From Patescibacteria group bacterium (GTDB taxonomy: Bacteria > Patescibacteriota > Minisyncoccia > JAHIHE01 > JAGLIN01), in contig JARGGI010000003.1 in assembly GCA_029210775.1 (NCBI GenBank), positions 4,512 through 68,511 on the forward strand: DNA of 64,000 nt, read 5' to 3'. A program made the position numbers and the translations under genes. Of this stretch, positions 20,046 to 26,555 are shown piece after piece. The notes beneath the pieces are model-generated. The model was not told where the DNA came from. It ran no database searches and saw only the letters and a list, made by a program, of their open reading frames with translations. Each line of letters begins with the position of its first letter. The stretch's first letter is position 1.

Positions 20046-20339
20046 TTAAACTGAAACAATTGCTAACATTTCCAACTTTTTTGTTGTTCCAAGTTTCAAC
20101 CAATACTCGAAGTTATCCCAAGCAATTTCATAAAATATCACTTTTTCAGAATCAATAGTCTCGAGATAAATATTTTTGATAAAATTTAAATCATCCTCTC
20201 CTCTTAATCCTACAACCACTGAATCATTCTTTATAGAATAATATATCCAAAAATTGTTCCCTATTATCGTTCTTCTTATTACATTTATAATATTTTCAAG
20301 AAACACATTGTCTACTGACTCAAAATATATATAATACAT
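20046..20339 (-). CDS. hypothetical protein (97 aa)
   Basis: GGAGGAGAAGGAG SD before the ATG; no recognisable family; directly downstream of tRNA-Phe. Confidence 0.5.
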   Translation of the reverse strand: MYYIYFESVDNVFLENIINVIRRTIIGNNFWIYYSIKNDSVVVGLRGEDDLNFIKNIYLETIDSEKVIFYEIAWDNFEYWLKLGTTKKLEMLAIVSV

Positions 20340-20392
20340 CTCCTTCTCCTCCGTCTTATTTTCAATTGTAAAGGTACGTTTTTGTTTTAGAT

Positions 20393-20466
20393 GCGCTGAG
20401 TGAGATTTGAACTCACGACCTCCCGGTTTTCAAACGGGTCTCTTCCTAATCTGAGATATCAGCGCA
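20393..20466 (-). tRNA. tRNA-Phe (anticodon GAA)
   Basis: Minus-strand sequence GCGCTGATATCTCAGATTAGGAAGAGACCCGTTTGAAAACCGGGAGGTCGTGAGTTCAAATCTCACTCAGCGCA. Acceptor 7 bp, T-arm GTGAG-TTCAAAT-CTCAC, anticodon loop TTGAAAA; CCA is not encoded. Confidence 0.85.
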
Positions 20467-20868
20467 CTTTTGTTTTTGTTTTGAGTAAATTATTTCTAAT
20501 CTACCCCTCGAAATTTTAATTAACTCAAAATCCTAAGGGGTATCTAAGAAAATTTTTTTCAACAAAAAAACCATCTCTGCGATGGGTTATTACTCTAATA
20601 TACACTAAAACAACCTATCGCACATGACGGCTAAAAAAACTAAAAAAGAAATACCAATTGTTTTGCATATAACTCATATCTGAATTAAATTTATTTATTA
20701 CTTTAAAGCAATAATAGCATAAGAATAAATTATGTCAAGACACTGTATTACGCAAAATAAATCAATATATAATTTCAAAATAGACGAATTAGCTAATAAA
20801 ATTTTAAACTATATGACCTTTTTAAAAATATATGATAAAATAAAATCATAAAAATTAATCTCATTAAA

Positions 20869-21435
20869 ATGAATAAGCTGAAAATTGGCATTTCTGGTAA
20901 TATTGGCAGTTTTTCAGAAGAAGCTGCTAAATATTATTGTCAAAGAAATAGTATAAAAAATTTTGACCTAAGTTATTTAATTAGCGCTGACAAAACACTA
21001 TCCTCGCTTGAAAAAGAAAAAATTGATAAAGCAATTTTCCCTATAGAAAATTCAAACGGAGGAATTGTCGAAGAAGCAATTTACGCAATAAGTAGATATC
21101 TTTTCGAAATTGAAAATATATTTGAAATTGATATACAACATTGCTTACTTGTTCAAAGGGGGGTTAAAGCAGCAGACATAAAAACTATAGCATCTCATCC
21201 ACAAGCACTAAAACAGTGCAAAATGTATTTAAAAAAAGAATGGAAAAACCTCAAACTACAAGAATATTCAGACACTGCAAGCGCTGCTAAAGATCTTTGT
21301 AATGGAGTATTATCCTCAGACACTGCGGTTATTGCACCAAAAATATGTAAAAAATTATATAAGTTAGACATAATAGGAGAAGGAATTCAAGATTTAAAAT
21401 TTAATTTTACCACATTCGTTGTCGCAAAAAAATAG
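20869..21435 (+). CDS. pheA: prephenate dehydratase, catalytic domain only, paralog 2
   Basis: Same motifs as paralog 1 (GSFS, FPIENSNGG, IASHPQALKQC, DTAVIAP, NFTTF); 188 aa. Confidence 0.75.
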   Translation: MNKLKIGISGNIGSFSEEAAKYYCQRNSIKNFDLSYLISADKTLSSLEKEKIDKAIFPIENSNGGIVEEAIYAISRYLFEIENIFEIDIQHCLLVQRGVKAADIKTIASHPQALKQCKMYLKKEWKNLKLQEYSDTASAAKDLCNGVLSSDTAVIAPKICKKLYKLDIIGEGIQDLKFNFTTFVVAKK

Positions 21436-21449
21436 ATAATTACAAATAT

Positions 21450-22463
21450 ATGACTATTGGTATAATCGGATTTGGAAATTTTGGAACACTCTTTGCAAGT
21501 ATGTTAAAAAAATATGGAAAGATCAAAGTAAATCATTATAAAAAAAATAAAGAAATTATAGATAAAGCCACAATGATTGATGTTGAATTCTCAGACCTAA
21601 AAACTACAGCGGAGTGTGACATTGTAATAATTGCAGTTCCAATCTCTAAAACCAAAGATGTAATCAAAAATATCGCAAAATTTGTAAAACCAGATTCAAT
21701 AGTTATGGATGTTTGTTCTGTAAAAGTTTATCCTTGCAGATGGCTTAAAAAATATTTCCCTAATAATATAAACACGATTGGTTCTCATCCAATGTTTGGA
21801 CCATCTACTACTAATTTTAATCTTCAAAAACAAACCTGGAACATTAACGAACATCAAATTATCCTATGCCCAGTAAACATCTCTAAATGCAAAATTCAAA
21901 TACTCAAAAACATCTTTAAAGACTTGGGCTTGAAAATTATTGAGACATCACCCCAGGAACATGACAGACAAAATGCTACGGCATTAGGTCTTGTTCATTT
22001 TCTTGGCAGATCTTTATGGGATTCAGGTATTCGTCAACAAGAGATATTCACACCTGGATATAAAGACCTGCTCAAAATATATCATCACACAACAGGAGAC
22101 ACTTGGAGACTTTTTTACGATATGAATAACTATAACCCATACTCAAAAAAAACGAGACAACATTTTTTAAAGTCTTGTCAAAAAATTGAAAACATAATTG
22201 AAGAAAATAATAATCTCACAAACATAAAATCTCTTAGGTCTTTAATTGATAACACAGATAATGAAATGATAAATTTGTTATCAAAAAGATTTGAATATGT
22301 AAAAAAAATAGGTCAAATCAAAAGAGAAAATAATCTTCCAATAATTGATAAAAAAAGAGAAAATTTCATTCTTGGGAAAAAATTAGCAAATAAAAAAATT
22401 GATGAAAAATTTTCAAAAAAGCTGTTTGAATTAATTTTTAAGGAGTCATATAAAAATCAATAA
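21450..22463 (+). CDS. tyrA: prephenate dehydrogenase with a C-terminal AroQ chorismate mutase domain (PDH-CM fusion)
   Basis: N-terminal NAD-binding MTIGIIGFGNFG; PDH core with GSHPMFGP; the C-terminal ~90 aa (SLRSLIDNTDNEMINLLSKRFEYVKKIGQIKRENNLPIIDKKRENFIL) matches the AroQ pattern. Confidence 0.7.
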   Translation: MTIGIIGFGNFGTLFASMLKKYGKIKVNHYKKNKEIIDKATMIDVEFSDLKTTAECDIVIIAVPISKTKDVIKNIAKFVKPDSIVMDVCSVKVYPCRWLKKYFPNNINTIGSHPMFGPSTTNFNLQKQTWNINEHQIILCPVNISKCKIQILKNIFKDLGLKIIETSPQEHDRQNATALGLVHFLGRSLWDSGIRQQEIFTPGYKDLLKIYHHTTGDTWRLFYDMNNYNPYSKKTRQHFLKSCQKIENIIEENNNLTNIKSLRSLIDNTDNEMINLLSKRFEYVKKIGQIKRENNLPIIDKKRENFILGKKLANKKIDEKFSKKLFELIFKESYKNQ

Positions 22464-23566
22464 TGAATATACTATCAAGAAAAGTTGAAAATATTAAATC
22501 TTCACTTATTAGAAAAATGTTTGATTTAGCTTCTAAAAATAATGGAGAATTTATAAGTTTTGCGATTGGACAACCACATTTTGAAGTTCCTAAAAAATTG
22601 AAAAAATCAATGATAAATGCAATAAAAAATGATTTTAATGTATATGCACCCACTCAAGGAATTCTAGAACTTAGAGAAATAATCGCAAAAAAACTAAATA
22701 AGGAAAATCAAATTAAAGCAAAATCAGAAAATGTAATTGTGACCTCTGGAGTTTCTGGAGCTCTTTTTCTTGTGTTTGCATCAATTTTAAACCCTGGAGA
22801 TGAAATTATCATTCCAGATCCATATTTTACTCTTTATAAAGAACTTGTCATCTTCCTTGAGGGAACCCCTGTCTATCTTGATACCTATCCTAATTTTAGA
22901 ATTGATTCAATACAACTAGAAAAACTAATAAATTCAAAAACGAAAGCACTTATTATTAATTCCCCAAATAACCCAACAGGAATAGTGCTTTCAAAAAAAG
23001 AATTAAAAGATATCGCAGATGTTGCAAAAAAACATAATCTTCTTATAATTTCAGATGAAATATACGAAAAATTTGATTATGAAAAAAAATTCTTTAGCAT
23101 TGGTAGTATTTATGATAACACAGTTACATTAAATGGATTTTCAAAAAATTATGCAATAACTGGGTGGCGAGTTGGATATGCTCATGGACCAAACGAGATT
23201 ATACAAGCGATGAACAAGCTCCAACAATATACTTTTGTTTGTGCTCCCCTTCCAGCACAAATTGCACTTTTAAATTCATGGGGCTCAGAGCCAAAAAAAG
23301 AATACAAAAGCTACAAAAATAAACGAGACATATTATATTTAAAACTTAAAAATAAATATGAAATATATAAACCCGAAGGAGCTTTTTATGTTTTTATAAA
23401 AATACCAAAAGGACATAAAGATTTTATAAACGAACTAATTGATAAAAAAGTTCTTGTAGTTCCATCAGAAGCATTTTCTGTCAATAAAAATTATTTTAGA
23501 ATATCCTTTGCAGTTGATGACGATGAATTAAAAAAAGGAATAACAATTTTGAATAATTTGAGATGA
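22463..23566 (+). CDS. class I/II PLP-dependent (aromatic/aspartate) aminotransferase
   Basis: PLP lysine context NGFSKNYAITGWRVGYAHG; fold-type I features; start overlaps the tyrA stop. Confidence 0.8.
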   Translation: MNILSRKVENIKSSLIRKMFDLASKNNGEFISFAIGQPHFEVPKKLKKSMINAIKNDFNVYAPTQGILELREIIAKKLNKENQIKAKSENVIVTSGVSGALFLVFASILNPGDEIIIPDPYFTLYKELVIFLEGTPVYLDTYPNFRIDSIQLEKLINSKTKALIINSPNNPTGIVLSKKELKDIADVAKKHNLLIISDEIYEKFDYEKKFFSIGSIYDNTVTLNGFSKNYAITGWRVGYAHGPNEIIQAMNKLQQYTFVCAPLPAQIALLNSWGSEPKKEYKSYKNKRDILYLKLKNKYEIYKPEGAFYVFIKIPKGHKDFINELIDKKVLVVPSEAFSVNKNYFRISFAVDDDELKKGITILNNLR

Positions 23567-23584
23567 TAAAAAAATTTAAAATAA

Positions 23585-23618
23585 AATAACGACACAGAAC
23601 TTATGTCGTTATTTTTTG
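23585..23618. terminator. rho-independent terminator after the aminotransferase gene
   Basis: AATAACGACA-cagaactta-TGTCGTTATT followed by TTTTT; an A-rich run precedes it, so it may act in both directions. Confidence 0.7.
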
Positions 23619-23746
23619 ATCTATAAAATTTTAAATAAATAGAATTTTTTAAATTACAAATTTAATATACTTGCCACCCTGAGCTTGTCAAACTATGATA
23701 AATTTAGCTATTTCGTATTTTAAAGTAGAATTATAATAAAGTTTAA

Positions 23747-23781
23747 GTGTGGTTTAAAAGTTTTTTTCTTCTAAACCACAC
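23747..23781 (-). other. hairpin (GTGTGGTTTA / TAAACCACAC, 15-nt loop) 16 nt downstream of the MCCCC mini-ORF
   Basis: Seen directly. Confidence 0.4.
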
Positions 23782-23796
23782 TCCGTTACCTACTTT

Positions 23797-23814
23797 TTAA
23801 CAGCAACAACACAT
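23797..23814 (-). CDS. five-codon mini-ORF MCCCC with a strong SD (AGGAGGAGG, 7-nt spacer)
   Basis: Minus strand reads aggaggagg-aaatatt-ATG TGT TGT TGC TGT TAA; there is no downstream gene on that strand. Confidence 0.25.
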   Translation of the reverse strand: MCCCC

Positions 23815-23910
23815 AATATTTCCTCCTCCTGTCTTCGTTAATTATAATAGTTTAAAGACAGAAATTTAAATGCGATATTAGTATTCAAATTTCAATCTTA
23901 AAAAAATAAG

Positions 23911-23952
23911 TTAGGGATTTTAAATTTTTTTAATTATATAAAACCCCTAACA
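23911..23952 (-). terminator. rho-independent terminator of the small gene 23947..24087
   Basis: On the minus strand, GTTAGGGG-loop-CCCTAAC followed by TTATTTTTTT; overlaps the stop codon. Confidence 0.5.
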
Positions 23953-24087
23953 AGATCCTCCTCTATCTCTTCTATAGAAGTGATCTATAGAATCCGTTAT
24001 ATCTTTTGGAAGATCCTCTACATTTATCCCAAGTACACTTGCGATTTTTTTCTTTGTTTGATTTACTTTTTCTATTTTATCGTTCAT
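23947..24087 (-). CDS. small protein (46 aa; MNDKIEKVNQTKKKIASVLGINVEDLPKDITDSIDHFYRRDRGGSC) with an HTH-like IASVLGINVEDL segment
   Basis: Perfect SD GGAGG 6 nt before the ATG; its own terminator follows; the track's longer 79-aa version is an in-frame upstream extension through the tRNA-like element. Confidence 0.5.
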   Translation of the reverse strand: MNDKIEKVNQTKKKIASVLGINVEDLPKDITDSIDHFYRRDRGGSC

Positions 24088-24122
24088 CAAAATCCTCCTT
24101 TTTTTTATTTTTTGTTTTTGAA

Positions 24123-24224
24123 GATGGGGATGGGACTTGAACCCATGAAAGACAAGTTGCATCTCATCCGCATTCCCAATAATCAACTTTTATACATGAA
24201 AAGCTAATTAACTTTGCTACCCCA
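24123..24224 (-). other. tRNA-like element: canonical T-arm (ATGGG-TTCAAGT-CCCAT) and acceptor-like 3' strand (CCCCATC) with a partly complementary 5' strand (AATGGGG); D and anticodon arms non-canonical
   Basis: Folded by eye; the 3' half is tRNA-like and the 5' half does not fit a cloverleaf. Possibly a tRNA pseudogene or integration remnant, or a structured 5' leader of the adjacent small gene. Confidence 0.3.
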
Positions 24225-24238
24225 TTATATATACAAAA

Positions 24239-24264
24239 AACCGCGCACAACAGGCGGGTTTATA
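24239..24264. terminator. bidirectional hairpin terminator (AAACCGCGC-acaaca-GGCGGGTTT)
   Basis: GC-rich stem flanked by an A-run upstream and a T-run downstream. Confidence 0.45.
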
Positions 24265-24426
24265 ATTATCATCAAATCTATAAGTTAAAATTTATATAAC
24301 ACTTAAAAACCAACCTGTTTACAGGATACTACAACAACAGCAAATTTGGCTTTTAAATGATTTCATATACATATTGTTTAACTATAATTTAATATTAACA
24401 TATATAAATTATCTGTCAACTTTTTT

Positions 24427-24455
24427 TTGACAATATTATTTATTAATTATATTAT
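24427..24455 (+). promoter_or_regulatory. near-consensus sigma70 promoter (TTGACA-N17-TATTAT); the -35 is part of the TGTCAA-N8-TTGACA inverted repeat
   Basis: Seen directly; an SD and ATG follow about 30 nt downstream. Confidence 0.5.
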
Positions 24456-24484
24456 ATTAATAATACAAAAAAGGGAGGATTCTA

Positions 24485-24801
24485 ATGAATGATGATATAT
24501 TTAGTTCAATAACATTTACCGAGAGAGAGAGAGAGAGGGATATAAAAATAATGATTTTTCCATTATAATTACAAACAAATACAAGGAATTCTTTGATGAG
24601 AGAAAGGTTTATTCTTGTAGCGAACTAATAAATATTCTTGAAAAAATTGTGTCTCGAATTCATCATGAAATCAGAGAGCTTAATACAAAAGGTGAAAAAT
24701 TTATTATTCATCTATATGAAACATATTCCCCAGTTTTTGAAAGCATCCATATAGCAACCACTGAGCTTATAAAAATTGGGAAAGAATATAGATTGAAATA
24801 A
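24485..24801 (+). CDS. small hypothetical gene whose frame is broken at a (GA)8 tract; the current frame gives 27 aa (stop at 24568), the downstream open frame runs to 24801
   Basis: SD AGGGAGGA 7 nt before the ATG at 24485. The frame is open through MNDDIFSSITFTERERER, then a stop; the +2 frame is open for ~75 codons (...FSIIITNKYKEFFDERKVYSCSELINILEKIVSRIHHEIRELNTKGEKFIIHLYETYSPVFESIHIATTELIKIGKEYRLK) with no start codon of its own. A terminator lies right after 24801. Loss of one GA unit would fuse the two frames. Confidence 0.5.
24521..24536 (+). repeat. (GA)8 dinucleotide microsatellite inside the 5' end of a coding frame
   Basis: gagagagagagagaga followed by ggga. Confidence 0.9.
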
Positions 24802-24803
24802 AC

Positions 24804-24823
24804 GGAGCATTGCTCCTTTTTTT
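24804..24823. terminator. hairpin terminator (GGAGC-att-GCTCC followed by T7) between convergent genes
   Basis: Seen directly. Confidence 0.55.
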
Positions 24824-25832
24824 ATATTTTTCTTAAACCTCTTTTTTTTATTTTATCCTTTGCAACTTTCTGAAGATCGTCATGTTGGTCATATTCATCA
24901 ACTATTTCAGATCCAATAATTTCTTCAATTACATCTTCAATTGTCACTATTCCACAAACCACTCCGTGTTTATCAATAACTATAAATAAATGATTTTTAG
25001 TAGCTTTAAAAGCATTGAGTAAATCATCAAGGGGTTTATCTGAATCAACAAAAATTACATTCTGTCTTGCAATATTACCAACAGTCTTATTTTTATAATT
25101 ATTAGAAATTAAATCTTTTACATATAACATACCGACTATATTATCAAGATTCTGTTTATACACTGGTATTCTTGAATGACCTCTCTTGCAAATTTTTTCA
25201 ATGTTTTTTGAAGTTAGTTTCTGATCAAATGGTACTGCAAAAATTTCCGTTCTAGGAGTTAATACATCATTGGCTGTTTTATTAGAATATGAAAGAGCTC
25301 CTTTAATAATCTTCTCTTCATCAATATCTATATCACTATCTTTTGAATCCTCATGATCCTCAATAATCTTCATCAACTCATGTTTTGAATATATTGTTGG
25401 CATTTCTTCACCAAGACTCTTATTTAGAGCATAAGCAATTGGGAAAGACACTGGATAAAACATATAGGTAAATATTCTAACAAGCCAAGCAAGTTTTGAA
25501 CCAATTTTTAAAGCATGACGTGAAAACACAGCCTGAGGAACTATCTCTCCAAATATAACAATTAATGACGTCGCAATAATTCCTGCAATAACTCCAGAAA
25601 CAACACTACCAAGAAAAATTGATAGTGCAGAATTTACAGCAACATTTCCAATTAAAAGTGTGCAAAGAAGTAAATTTCCATTTTTTCGCAAAGCATAAAC
25701 TTTTTGAGCATCTTTATTACCTATTTTTGCCTTTCTCTCTAAATCTTCTTTATTTAGACTAAAAAAACCCAGCGTTAGACCAGAAAATATAGCTGAGAGT
25801 GACAGTAAGATAATAACAATAATATACCCCAT
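24822..25832 (-). CDS. CNNM/CorC-family membrane protein (DUF21 TM domain plus CBS pair)
   Basis: Four N-terminal TM helices; tandem CBS motifs (IPVYKQNLDNIVGMLYVKDL...; HLFIVIDKHGVVCGIVTIEDVIEEI); no CorC_HlyC tail. Confidence 0.8.
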   Translation of the reverse strand: MGYIIVIILLSLSAIFSGLTLGFFSLNKEDLERKAKIGNKDAQKVYALRKNGNLLLCTLLIGNVAVNSALSIFLGSVVSGVIAGIIATSLIVIFGEIVPQAVFSRHALKIGSKLAWLVRIFTYMFYPVSFPIAYALNKSLGEEMPTIYSKHELMKIIEDHEDSKDSDIDIDEEKIIKGALSYSNKTANDVLTPRTEIFAVPFDQKLTSKNIEKICKRGHSRIPVYKQNLDNIVGMLYVKDLISNNYKNKTVGNIARQNVIFVDSDKPLDDLLNAFKATKNHLFIVIDKHGVVCGIVTIEDVIEEIIGSEIVDEYDQHDDLQKVAKDKIKKRGLRKI

Positions 25833-25955
25833 AAAATTTGATAAATATAAAAATTAAAACGATTATATCATATAACAATTTTAAGGAATTAGCAAGAAAT
25901 AATATAATATACAAAAATAACCCATATTATCAAAATAGAGGTTATTTAATTTAAA

Positions 25956-26528
25956 CTAATTTATTGAAATCAATTCTACCTCAAAAATCAATGTCGCATT
26001 TGGGGGAATTATCCCTGCTACGCCATTTGTTCCATATCCAAATTCAGAAGGAATTATAAGTTTTCGTTTCTCCCCAATTTTCATTCCCAAAGTTCCTTCA
26101 TCCCATCCTTTAATTACCTGCCCTATTCCAACAGTGAATGAAAATGGCACCCCCCGATCAACACTTGAATCAAATTTACTACCATCTTCTAATGTACCTG
26201 TATAATGAACAGAAATTGTATCACCAGCTTTTGTCAAAACTTCACCTGTCCCCTCTTTTAAAACTTCAATTTGTAATTCCATTTTATTGTCATTAGATTT
26301 AGTATCTTCATAAATTGTTTCTTCTTGCTCAATATCAACATTTATATTCTCAGTGTCTTGCACGCTTATTTCTTCCTGATGTTTATTGTCTATATTTGTG
26401 TTTTGTATAACTTGCACATTTACTTCCTCTTCTTGATTTTTTTCTAAATCTTTATTAGCGGAAAAAACCCATATTGCAATAAGAATAATTATAACAACTA
26501 TTGATAGAATCTTTGTATTTTTTTTCAT
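25956..26528 (-). CDS. FKBP-type peptidyl-prolyl cis-trans isomerase, membrane-anchored or secreted
   Basis: FKBP domain [44 protein letters not shown]; N-terminal hydrophobic anchor. Confidence 0.9.
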   Translation of the reverse strand: MKKNTKILSIVVIIILIAIWVFSANKDLEKNQEEEVNVQVIQNTNIDNKHQEEISVQDTENINVDIEQEETIYEDTKSNDNKMELQIEVLKEGTGEVLTKAGDTISVHYTGTLEDGSKFDSSVDRGVPFSFTVGIGQVIKGWDEGTLGMKIGEKRKLIIPSEFGYGTNGVAGIIPPNATLIFEVELISIN

Positions 26529-26555
26529 TTTTGAATTTACTTATTAATTAATATT

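Noticed and set aside
24123-24470. tmRNA (ssrA) hypothesis for the tRNA-like T-arm/acceptor element
   Set aside because: No complementary 5' acceptor strand or tag-peptide reading frame within about 350 nt upstream, and the upstream region is occupied by a promoter and SD for the plus-strand gene.
24521-24536. CRISPR array or other spacer-repeat structure (also considered for the rpoD Lys-repeat region 51820-51960)
   Set aside because: Only a dinucleotide microsatellite and an in-frame coding tandem repeat; no repeat-spacer periodicity anywhere in the window.
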